DNA from: Candidatus Parcubacteria bacterium
GTDB lineage: Bacteria > Patescibacteriota > Saccharimonadia > UBA4664 > JBIOIQ01
Direction: 5' to 3'
DNA length: 64,000 nt
Assembly: GCA_963718875.1 (NCBI GenBank)
Contig: OY970378.1
Span: forward strand, 132,396 to 196,395
Shown: piece after piece, positions 56,125 to 64,000 of the stretch
Numbering within the stretch: position 1 is the stretch's first letter
How the letters are laid out: every line of letters starts with the position of its first letter
Translations under genes and position numbers: made by a program
The notes under the pieces: model-generated
What the model saw: only the letters and a program-made list of their open reading frames with translations
What the model was told of the DNA's origin: nothing
Databases searched by the model: none

Positions 56125-56897
56125 ATATTTAACATTTGGGAGTCGACTTTCGAAACTGGCGCAGATAGTCTGCTTCGGTTTCGGAAGTCGCAAACTTCCA
56201 GCCAAGTCCCATACCAGAAAAACTCAAAAGGTTCCCGGGCCAATCGGGCGCGCTCCTGAGCGTGGTACCCAAAATGGGTGAGAGTAAGAGATAAAAGTCC
56301 GCGCCATCCTTAATAGGGCTGGTTAAGAAAGTCGGACTGGGGTAACTCTACTGGTTTAAAGTGCGTCTCTCTTCCCCAGGAGGTGTTGGGTGGAACCAGC
56401 AACTTCTTTTATAAGAGAACGCAATGTCTAAAAAGGATGATGCCTCTTTGGCAGTACGCCAAAGCAAGGCTCTCCCAAGTTCGCCACCAGAAACCAGTCG
56501 GTATCGCGTACGTCCGCGACTCGCGAGTGCGGCCCGCACTGTCATCCCCAGTAGGGAAGACAATATCCTCTCCCATCGTGGGAAAGGAAGGGTACTGGCA
56601 GTAATGTGAAAAGACCAAACCCGGACGATAACCCGTCCACGCTAGTCCAGGGGAAAAGCTCCTGGGATGCGGTCGCGAGAGTGGCGGGGGATGAACAAAT
56701 TGGTCTGGGGGAATCACTGGTGAAATTGCGGGTTCGGTCCCCAGAGTTGTTGGCCTGAAAAACCAATAATCTTCACATCCGAACTCGTAGGCTCGACGGC
56801 ACAGGAGTAAGCCATGGCGCAGGTTAAACCGCGACAAAAACTCCTTCTCGAAGAGAGAGCTCCTTGATCGCTTTAAGTGACCGAGTGAGACCTCTTC

Positions 56898-56984
56898 GAG
56901 GCAGTTCCTCCGATGTGTGTCGGAGCTGATGAGTCCTTCGATTCTTCCCATCTAAGTGGGATCGCTCAGGACGAAAACTGCGGG
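56898..56984 (+). ncRNA. hammerhead ribozyme, type III (copy 2)
   Basis: GAGGCAGUUC^ then stem I CTCCGA-TGTGTG-TCGGAG, CUGAUGAGUCC...GGACGAAA, stem III ACUGC. Stem I and the stem II insert differ from copy 1 but remain hairpins (compensatory changes). About 50 nt upstream of the RBS of the 57035 lipoprotein gene. Confidence 0.8.
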
Positions 56985-57034
56985 TTGCAACGGTTGGTTT
57001 GCGCTCTTTGTCTTTGTGAGAAAGGAGGCAGGGA

Positions 57035-57403
57035 ATGCAAACCAAAAGCAATACCCACCGGAGCCGCACGGTCATCGCGGCAGTCACATTTGCTCTGTTC
57101 GTCGCAGTCTCGACGTCGGCTTGTGCCAGCTCGCTGTGGAGCGTAACGCCTCTCCCCAGGATGTACGCCTGCAGCTACACGAGCCAGCCGACGCAGGGCC
57201 AGACACTGTCGGCCGTTGCCGTCGCGACCTACAACCGTCAAGGACAAGGGGTTGACGACTGGAAGGCACTGATTCGTGAGCGCAGCCACTACATTGGGGC
57301 TGACACAGCTGTTCTGGATCCCAACCTGACTCTCGTCATCCCGCGCATCTGTGAGGAGGGGGAGCAGTCGGGTTCGGTCAGCAGCGACGTTCCGGCGTCT
57401 TAG
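57035..57403 (+). CDS. lipoprotein (hypothetical, weak LysM-like C-terminus)
   Basis: AAAGGAGG RBS. Signal plus lipobox STSAC. 122 aa. Confidence 0.55.
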   Translation: MQTKSNTHRSRTVIAAVTFALFVAVSTSACASSLWSVTPLPRMYACSYTSQPTQGQTLSAVAVATYNRQGQGVDDWKALIRERSHYIGADTAVLDPNLTLVIPRICEEGEQSGSVSSDVPAS

Positions 57404-57608
57404 GCAGCCCAGTAGACGAGCAAAATGGTTAGCGCGACCAACCCGCATCAAGCGGACAACGCGTCACAATATCACTTCCCTTCGATCGACTTAATGGCTG
57501 ATCGAAGGCCAACCCAGCGCTTCAAAAGTTGAATTTGAAGTTTTAGGCTGGCTATTAAAGCCTATTCAGACATCCCAGAATCAAGACCTCGGTCAGCAGC
57601 GCCATTAT

Positions 57609-57995
57609 TTACATAAATGGGCGGGTTGCTTGGGCGAGGTTTTTGGTTTTATGACTGGATTTTAAGTGCAACCTATACTCGACCTGAGATACTAATTCTT
57701 TTAGACGCTTTAGTTCTTCTCCCAGGAACTCCTGCCCAAAGCCAGCAATAGAGTAGGTTCTAGAAGTGTGGCCGGGGTGATGACTCTCCGAGCTTTCAAC
57801 CATGTAAAATTTTTCAAGCCTGTTTAAGGTGCGGGATATTGATCCATAACTGAACTTCGGCTCGTCTACGGCATCTTTTTGGCACAGTTTGACTAGTTCG
57901 TAAGCGTTGGCTCTTCGCTTTAACAAGACGCTTAAGATTCTTATATCCAATAAGCTGAGTCTGATTTGATCGTCATGCTTCAGAGACTTTACCAT
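57609..57995 (-). CDS. PadR-family transcriptional regulator (start uncertain)
   Basis: Winged-helix PadR pattern (YELVKLCQKD...GSISRTLNRLEKFYMVES). Upstream palindromes TTGAGATA/TATCTCAA are likely operators. Confidence 0.55.
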   Translation of the reverse strand: MVKSLKHDDQIRLSLLDIRILSVLLKRRANAYELVKLCQKDAVDEPKFSYGSISRTLNRLEKFYMVESSESHHPGHTSRTYSIAGFGQEFLGEELKRLKELVSQVEYRLHLKSSHKTKNLAQATRPFM

Positions 57996-58225
57996 GGTTT
58001 TATTATATATCTTATTGAGATACATGGAAATATATTGTTTGAGCTCAACTACTTGATATACGATATATCTCAATGAGATATATGTGAAAAGAGGAAGGGG
58101 TTAGGTAGTACTACGAATGATGAATCGAGGATGCCAAAAAAAGTTATCAGTGTCGAGGGTTACAAAATGTAAGAGACAAGAGATCTATTAAAAGAGGTCG
58201 GCTGAGTTACGCTATACTATAGGGC

Positions 58226-61033
58226 ATGGCTCAAAAGAAACTAATATTAGTTGACGGAAATGCATTGTTCCACCGGGCGTATCACGCTATTCCACATTTA
58301 ACGAACTCTGAAGGGTTGCCGACTAATGCAGTGTATGGGTTTACTAATATTTTGCTCAAAGTTTTTAATGATTTAAAGCCAGATTACGCTATTGTGGCTT
58401 GGGACAAATCAAGTAAAACCTTTCGAGATGAGTTGTATCCACAATATAAAGCGACTCGTACAAAACAGCCGGATGATCTGTATGCCCAAATACCCTTGGT
58501 AAAAGAGCTAGTGGCAGCGCTTAATTTACCCTTTGTAGAACTCGAAAACTATGAAGCCGATGACGTTATAGGGACGCTGGCTGCTCAAGCCAAAGGAGTT
58601 GAGACGATTGTGGTTACAGGCGATCGCGATGAATTACAGCTTGTGAGTGATACTACCAAAGTGGATCTGTATAACCCTATGACAGGGGCGAGCGTGCTGT
58701 ATGATCTTCCGGCGATGCAAGAGCGTTATGGGATGACGCCGGCTCAGTTTATTGACCTCAAGGCGCTTAAGGGCGATGCGAGCGATAATATTCCGGGGGT
58801 GCCCGGAGTCGGTGAAAAAACGGCTATGGATCTAATCCAGCGTTATGGCAGTTTGGACGGCGTCTATGAGCATTTGGATGAGAACAAGGGTAAGCTCTTA
58901 GAACGATTAACCGATAACAAAGAACTAGCTTACTTGAGTCAAAAACTTTCAACTATTGTTTGCGACGCACCAGTGACTTTAGAGCTGGATAAAGCGGAAG
59001 TGGGCCGTTATAACCGTGAAGCTACACATGAACTGTTTCGGAGACTGGGTTTTAAAAGCTTGTTGGCAAAACTGCCAGCTGAACTAGCCATGGCAGAGGT
59101 TGGTGCTCCGCCAAGTTTGTTTGACTCAAAAACACCGCAAAAGTTGCGCTCACACATAGACGATACCAAATACATTTGCGTTAAAAGCGTGCAGCAGCTG
59201 GATGATCTGCTGAAAAAAATGACTACAGTTAGTGAGTTTGCGGTAGATACTGAAACGGATGATATAGCTGTAATATCGGCCAAGTTGGTGGGGATAGCAG
59301 TGTCCTTTAAAGAGGCGGAAGCTTACTACATACCGGTTGGGCATGAAACAAGTGAGGGGGGCAAGGATAAATCCCAGCTTGATCTAGAACTGGTGATTAC
59401 AAAGCTTAAGCCAGTGCTAGAAAACGAAAAAATTGGAAAAATTGGACATAATCTAAAGTTCGATTATCAGGTACTTGCGACTCATGGTGTTGTTCTCAAA
59501 CCAATAGTCTTTGATACTATGATTGCGGCGTTTTTGATGAATCCGTTAATGAGATCGCAAACTTTGGGTGACTTAGCATATTCCGAACTAGGGATAGACA
59601 TGATACCGATTGAGGAAATGATAGGTAAAGGCAAAGGGCAGGTTTCGTTTGACCGCGTAACAGTAGAAGATGCTACGCGTTATGCTGCAGAGGATGCTGA
59701 TATAAGCTGGCGGCTGTACCAAAAAATGCAACCAGAATTGGTTAAAACCGGATTCGATGATTTAGCACGTCAAATGGAGTGGCCGTTGATACCACTTTTG
59801 GGAGACATGGAGCTGGCCGGTATTACACTTGATAAAGACTTTTTAAAACACTTCAATAAAAGCATTAGCGCTCGGATTTTGGAACTGGAGGAAGAAATTT
59901 GGAAAGTGGCAGGGGAAAAGTTCAACATTGCTTCTCCAGGGCAGTTGGCCAGAATCTTATTTGAAAATTTAGGGATTGATCCCCAGGGCATTAAAAAAGG
60001 TAAAACGGCTTATTCAACAGCTGCAACTGAGTTGGAGAAAATGCGCCATTTGCACCCCATTATTGAGATGATCTTTGAGTATCGTGAGTTAGTAAAGCTT
60101 AAGAACACTTACGTAGATGCACTGCCGGAGATGGTAAGTTCTGTAGATCATCGGATTCATACCAGTTTTAGCCAAACAATTGCCCAGACTGGTCGGTTGA
60201 GTTCATCAAATCCGAATTTGCAAAATATTCCGGTAAGGACGGAGTTGGGTCGGGAAATTCGCAAGGCTTTTGTGACGCCACCTGGGCGTGTGTTTGTGGG
60301 AGCAGACTATTCCCAAATTGAGTTGCGAGTGGCAGCAGCACTTTCTAAGGATGAGGCCATGATAGAAACCTTTAAAAGTGGCGTTGATTTGCATCAACAA
60401 ACAGCAGCCGAGTTGTATGGTGTGTCTCTTGATAAAGTTACCAAAGACCAACGGAGTGCCTCCAAAACAATTAATTTTGGAGTTCTGTATGGGATGAGTG
60501 CCCATGGGTTGAGCGTCGCTACAGGGATGGCTCGCGATGAGGCACTAGGATTTATAAAACGCTATTTTGAAGTCAGACCAAAACTAGCTCAATATATAGA
60601 GGAGACCAAGGAGTTTGCACGCAAAAACGAGTACACAGAAACCCTGTTTGGGCGCAAGCGGCCATGTCCAGAAATTAACTCGAACAATCACATTGTGGCG
60701 GCTGCAGCCGAAAGAATGGCAGTAAATGTGCCAATTCAGGGAACGGCAGCTGATATTTATAAGCTGGCTATGATTGCACTTGTGCCAAAGCTGGGGATGG
60801 CGGGTTTGTCATCCCCGATCGGAAGCGATAGCGCTCCGGATCCGGGATCCACCACCCGCCTTGGAACTCAACTGCTGTTGCAAATCCATGATGAACTGAT
60901 AGCTGAAACCGATGAGGATAAGGGAGTTGAGGTGGCCAAAGTTATGAAAGAGGTCATGGAAAATGTTTACGATATCGGCGTCCCTTTGGCGGTTGATACA
61001 GCTGTAGGTAAAAGCTGGGGACAGCTAAAATAA
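58226..61033 (+). CDS. polA: DNA polymerase I
   Basis: 935 aa. 5'-3' exonuclease N-terminus, 3'-5' exonuclease, polymerase motifs A/B/C (DYSQIELR, RSASKTINFGVLYG, QIHDEL). Contains an extra ~20-aa insert (GMAGLSSPIGSDSAPDPGSTTRL) before motif C. Confidence 0.95.
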   Translation: MAQKKLILVDGNALFHRAYHAIPHLTNSEGLPTNAVYGFTNILLKVFNDLKPDYAIVAWDKSSKTFRDELYPQYKATRTKQPDDLYAQIPLVKELVAALNLPFVELENYEADDVIGTLAAQAKGVETIVVTGDRDELQLVSDTTKVDLYNPMTGASVLYDLPAMQERYGMTPAQFIDLKALKGDASDNIPGVPGVGEKTAMDLIQRYGSLDGVYEHLDENKGKLLERLTDNKELAYLSQKLSTIVCDAPVTLELDKAEVGRYNREATHELFRRLGFKSLLAKLPAELAMAEVGAPPSLFDSKTPQKLRSHIDDTKYICVKSVQQLDDLLKKMTTVSEFAVDTETDDIAVISAKLVGIAVSFKEAEAYYIPVGHETSEGGKDKSQLDLELVITKLKPVLENEKIGKIGHNLKFDYQVLATHGVVLKPIVFDTMIAAFLMNPLMRSQTLGDLAYSELGIDMIPIEEMIGKGKGQVSFDRVTVEDATRYAAEDADISWRLYQKMQPELVKTGFDDLARQMEWPLIPLLGDMELAGITLDKDFLKHFNKSISARILELEEEIWKVAGEKFNIASPGQLARILFENLGIDPQGIKKGKTAYSTAATELEKMRHLHPIIEMIFEYRELVKLKNTYVDALPEMVSSVDHRIHTSFSQTIAQTGRLSSSNPNLQNIPVRTELGREIRKAFVTPPGRVFVGADYSQIELRVAAALSKDEAMIETFKSGVDLHQQTAAELYGVSLDKVTKDQRSASKTINFGVLYGMSAHGLSVATGMARDEALGFIKRYFEVRPKLAQYIEETKEFARKNEYTETLFGRKRPCPEINSNNHIVAAAAERMAVNVPIQGTAADIYKLAMIALVPKLGMAGLSSPIGSDSAPDPGSTTRLGTQLLLQIHDELIAETDEDKGVEVAKVMKEVMENVYDIGVPLAVDTAVGKSWGQLK
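60806..60850 (-). repeat. family-1 REP/RPE-like element inserted in frame inside polA (reverse orientation)
   Basis: Plus strand TTGTCATCCCCGATCGGAAGCGATAGCGCTCCGGATCCGGGATCC is the reverse complement of GGATCCCGGATCCGGAGCGCTATCGCTTCCGATCGGGGATGACAA. Confidence 0.6.
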
Positions 61034-61168
61034 GTAGCTTAAACTCCTTTTTAGCTAAATTTAGAATTTTTTAAAAATTTTTGTTGGGTTTTTAACCAAT
61101 GACCTAAGTTAGTGGTTGCGGTTATAATTTGGAAGTCCAAAACTCGATTGGCGATGTAAGGGAGATTC

Positions 61169-61549
61169 ATGAGACAAATCTCAGCTAATCTCAGCACCGT
61201 CCTTCGAACGACGGCTGAGAACTTGATACGGCGAGGAACTCAAGCTGGTGCAGACGGTCGACTGTGGGCGGCCATCGGTGCGGCCCGTGTTGTGGCTGAT
61301 ACCAACCCCTTGCGGGCTACGGCTGTAGCACGTGAGCTGAAGGCGCTGGGGTGCGATATTGATCCGCGAGGTTTTGCAAGCCAGTTGTTACGATCAAGCC
61401 GCCTCATAACTCCAGCAGAACTTGCTCTCCCGAGCTTGTGGACTCCTCTGGCTCAGGCAATCTTGGAAATGCTAGAGCGACCAGACGTCAGCAAGGAATA
61501 CGGGCTGTGTGATCTTTGGGCAGGTACCTCGTCTGCGGCAAACGAATAA
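61169..61549 (+). CDS. hypothetical protein (GC-rich)
   Basis: AAGGGAGA RBS. 126 aa. Followed by hairpin GGGGCTGACGAC...GTCGGCCCC. Confidence 0.5.
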   Translation: MRQISANLSTVLRTTAENLIRRGTQAGADGRLWAAIGAARVVADTNPLRATAVARELKALGCDIDPRGFASQLLRSSRLITPAELALPSLWTPLAQAILEMLERPDVSKEYGLCDLWAGTSSAANE

Positions 61550-61582
61550 GCCCAGGGCGTATGATGCGCCTTGCGGTGCGGT

Positions 61583-61623
61583 GGGGCTGACGACTTTGAT
61601 CGTCGGCCCCATCCTCCTTTATG
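61583..61623 (+). terminator. hairpin terminator candidate (GGGGCTGACGAC-TTTGAT-CGTCGGCCCC)
   Basis: 10-bp stem. The downstream tail is only moderately T-rich. Confidence 0.4.
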
Positions 61624-61749
61624 AATTGCTAGAGGTTTAACCTCTAGCGTCACAAAATTGGTTATAAATGGTGAGGCGCCCCGGTTGCAGCAGGTAAGCT
61701 GCGAACCGGGGCGCCAGAGGCGCGGTTGAGAGATGTGGTTGATCAGGTG

Positions 61750-61956
61750 CTAGCGGTTGAGGGCCCAGTGGAGGGTCAGTGCGATGGTGGCGCCGAGGCA
61801 GGCGCAGGCTCCGCTCAGGATGATCTCGAACGTGTCGTCATCGTTGAGCTGGCGGGGGTTGCCACTGGCATCGGTGGCGCACATGTACGTGACCGCACCC
61901 GTGACCAGGCCAGCGGGGATGAGGACGGGGGCGACCCGCCGGAAAATCGTACGCAT
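61750..61956 (-). CDS. small membrane protein (68 aa), candidate
   Basis: Internal Met start with GAAGGGA RBS. The reverse complement upstream contains TTGCAA-17-TATTAT. GC-rich. Confidence 0.4.
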   Translation of the reverse strand: MRTIFRRVAPVLIPAGLVTGAVTYMCATDASGNPRQLNDDDTFEIILSGACACLGATIALTLHWALNR

Positions 61957-62054
61957 CGGATGATCCCTTCGTAGTAGTATGAGACGATTTGTATAATAAC
62001 ATACTTTTGTTTGTTTTGCAATAGAAGAACACATATTCAGGTATAATAAATCGT

Positions 62055-62927
62055 ATGCCTGAATTACCGGAAGTGGAAACAATTCGAGCTGGCTTGGAAC
62101 TAGGAATCGTGGGTCAAACCATCCAAAGGGTGGAAGTTTTAAACCCATCTACTTTTATGGCGTCGACAGATATGATTGGACAAGCCGTCGAAAAGAGCGT
62201 CGTTAAACATGTAAACCGGCGCGGTAAGGTGCTGATCTGGGACTTGGATAATGGTTATAGCTTGTTATTTCATCTTAAAATGACGGGGCAAGTAGTGCTA
62301 ATAAAGGGCGATGGTGAGCGCTTTGCGGGTGGCCATCCTACTGGTTCAATGGCTGGGGATTTGCCGGATAGATCAACCCGGGCGGTATTTAACCTAGCGT
62401 CCGGTGACCAAGTGTATTACAACGACCAACGCAAGTTTGGCTGGATTAAATTGGTAGAAACGGCCAACATAGAACTTGATTCGTTGATAGGGCGGATGGG
62501 GCCGGAGCCTCTAAGTAGTGCGTTCAAAGTTGAGGAGTTTTCAGCTAAGCTCAAAAGACACGCTCGAGCGCCAATAAAAGCGGTTATTTTGGATCAATCA
62601 ACCGTGGCGGGAGTGGGCAATATTTATGCCGATGAATCACTGCATTTAGCAAGGATTCATCCTGCGCGATCGGCAGGGAGCCTTAACGGGGCCGAAATTA
62701 AGCGGTTATTTCAAGCCATTCGAGATATTTTAACGTTGGGGGTGCAGCACGGGGGAACTAGCTTTACGCATTATGTGAACGCTTTGGGAGGTAAGGGGGA
62801 CTATCTTGAGCATGCCCGTGTGTTTCGGAGGCAAGGGCAAGCCTGTCCAGCTTGCAAAAGGGTGATTCAAAAAATCCGGGTAACTGGACGCGGTACGCAT
62901 ATGTGCCCGAAATGCCAGGTTTTATAA
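62055..62927 (+). CDS. mutM: formamidopyrimidine-DNA glycosylase (MutM/Fpg)
   Basis: MPELPEVE N-terminus (catalytic Pro2), H2TH, C-terminal zinc finger CPAC...CPKC. A TATAAT box 7 nt before the ATG suggests a leaderless mRNA. Confidence 0.9.
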   Translation: MPELPEVETIRAGLELGIVGQTIQRVEVLNPSTFMASTDMIGQAVEKSVVKHVNRRGKVLIWDLDNGYSLLFHLKMTGQVVLIKGDGERFAGGHPTGSMAGDLPDRSTRAVFNLASGDQVYYNDQRKFGWIKLVETANIELDSLIGRMGPEPLSSAFKVEEFSAKLKRHARAPIKAVILDQSTVAGVGNIYADESLHLARIHPARSAGSLNGAEIKRLFQAIRDILTLGVQHGGTSFTHYVNALGGKGDYLEHARVFRRQGQACPACKRVIQKIRVTGRGTHMCPKCQVL

Positions 62928-63057
62928 AGATAAAATATATTTTACGTCTTTTGACAGGTTGATTTAGCTAAGAAATTATACTTAATTTTTTTTGCTAAAA
63001 ACAACATGTCGATGTCTCGACTTCCAACTTTACAGATTCACCTCTAAACTATAAGCT

Positions 63058-63984
63058 ATGATATTTTTCTTTTATGGTCCCAATACCTTCGCGGCTAAAC
63101 AAAAAATTCGCGACATGGCTAAAGCTTACATAACTAAGACCGGTAGCAATTTTGGGTTGGAACGGTTTGATGGGTCGGTTGCGTTCGAAGTATTAGGAGG
63201 AGCCTTAACCGCTATGCCTTTTTTAGCAACTAGCAGGTTGGTGATAATAGACCGATTAAGCGAGAACAAAGTTACATCGGAGCAAATTCATGGGTTGTTG
63301 GTACAGGTGCCAGATTCGACCGTAGCGGTGTTTTATGAGCCTGGAGTAGATCAGCGTACCATCTATTTTAAGACCATGTCTAAGAGCGTTGATAAGAGCG
63401 TAAAGTTTGAAAATTTAAATTCGGCACAGTTAGCTGCCTGGGTTAGGCGCGAAGTGGTAAGGCTTGAGGGTACGATTGATGCCGACGCTGTCGTTTGGTT
63501 AATAGATAATGTGGGCGAAGACCAATGGCGAATGGAGCAAGAGCTTATGAAGTTAGTTAACTATGATTCTCACATAAGCATTGATTCAGCCAAAAAAATG
63601 GTGGCTACGAGTCCTACCCAGAGCATTTTCGATTTAGTGGATGCGATGTCGGCGCGGCGAGTGGGCAAAGCCTTATTGATTTTTCGCGAACTAATTGGTG
63701 AACGAACAAGCGAGCTATATATATTGACCATGATAACATGGCAGCTCAGAAATTTATTGTTGGCTAAAACGGCTGGTTTAGGCAGCTCAAGTGAGTTGGC
63801 AAAACAAGCAGGGCTTTCCCCGTATGTCGCCGGCAAAGCTTTAGCCCTGCAGAAGACAATGAGTAAAGATTACCTCAAAACGGCTTATTTGGCGGCGGTT
63901 GAAACGGATTATGCGATAAAAACCGGCAAGGGCAAGCCTGAGCAGCTAGTGGAGCAACTTATTTACGAGATAGCTGCAGTTTAG
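63058..63984 (+). CDS. holA: DNA polymerase III subunit delta (HolA)
   Basis: 308 aa. HolA N-terminal pattern (IFFFYGPNTFAAKQKI) and C-terminal helical domain. Confidence 0.75.
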   Translation: MIFFFYGPNTFAAKQKIRDMAKAYITKTGSNFGLERFDGSVAFEVLGGALTAMPFLATSRLVIIDRLSENKVTSEQIHGLLVQVPDSTVAVFYEPGVDQRTIYFKTMSKSVDKSVKFENLNSAQLAAWVRREVVRLEGTIDADAVVWLIDNVGEDQWRMEQELMKLVNYDSHISIDSAKKMVATSPTQSIFDLVDAMSARRVGKALLIFRELIGERTSELYILTMITWQLRNLLLAKTAGLGSSSELAKQAGLSPYVAGKALALQKTMSKDYLKTAYLAAVETDYAIKTGKGKPEQLVEQLIYEIAAV

Positions 63985-64000
63985 AATAATATGCCTTTAA

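Noticed and set aside
56126-56897. RNase P RNA, group I/II intron or tmRNA identity for the ribozyme-flanked segment
   Set aside because: Only short chance matches (for example AAAGTCCGCGCC, TGGTGAAATTGCGGG). No GGAAAGTCCGGGCTCC/ACAGAACCCGGCTTA pairing partners and no domain-V GTACGG motif.
56409-56951. 180-aa minus-strand ORF between the ribozymes
   Set aside because: It runs antisense through the second hammerhead and has no RBS. Probably spurious in GC-rich DNA.

Overview
The window is a mosaic of a low-GC (~45%) housekeeping backbone and several GC-rich (55-65%) accessory islands. By inference it comes from a small-genome bacterium, possibly a Patescibacteria/Saccharibacteria-like organism: there are three FemXAB paralogs next to murE, a cupin-type PGI, and a prepilin-like gene.

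Backbone genes called from the ORF track: valS, tsaD, three femXAB-family genes, a DegT-type aminotransferase, murE, pgeF, an amidinotransferase-like gene, a prephenate dehydratase, a PIG-L deacetylase, a frameshifted phosphoglucomutase/phosphomannomutase, groES-groEL with a perfect CIRCE operator, cupin-type glucose-6-phosphate isomerase, tsaC, msrB, an M20 peptidase, an AlkD-like repair enzyme, mmcQ/yjbR, dnaG, rpoD, two P-loop kinases, two TrmB-like regulators, a PadR regulator, polA, mutM and holA. There are four tRNA-Ser genes (anticodons CGA, GCT, TGA, GGA). Three of them sit next to GC-rich insertions.

Unusual content:
1. Two paralogous type-III hammerhead ribozymes (canonical CUGAUGAGUCC...GGACGAAAC cores with compensatory stem changes) lie 860 nt apart on the same strand. 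They sit in a 3-kb GC-rich, largely non-coding island (54.5-57.6 kb) that also holds a 75-nt tRNA-like element resembling the tmRNA tRNA-like domain (G3:U70, A73, TTCGATT T-loop) and a promoter-to-terminator ~500-nt candidate ncRNA.
2. A 4-kb tandem array (32.8-36.8 kb) of six minus-strand gene cassettes, four of them diverged paralogs. Each cassette is bounded by the same inverted repeat (TTAGGTCGGG...CCCGACCTAAG), a conserved leader/RBS and a conserved terminator hairpin.
3. A family of short palindromic REP/RPE-like elements (AGATCC-hairpin-GGATGACAA) is scattered through intergenic DNA. Copies are also inserted in frame into tsaD and polA, with related insertions in valS and the AlkD-like gene.
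4. Several further repeat families, GC-rich islets flanked by direct repeats, a frameshifted IS30 transposase, candidate large ncRNAs, and small peptide ORFs with strong ribosome-binding sites.

No CRISPR array or rRNA was seen.
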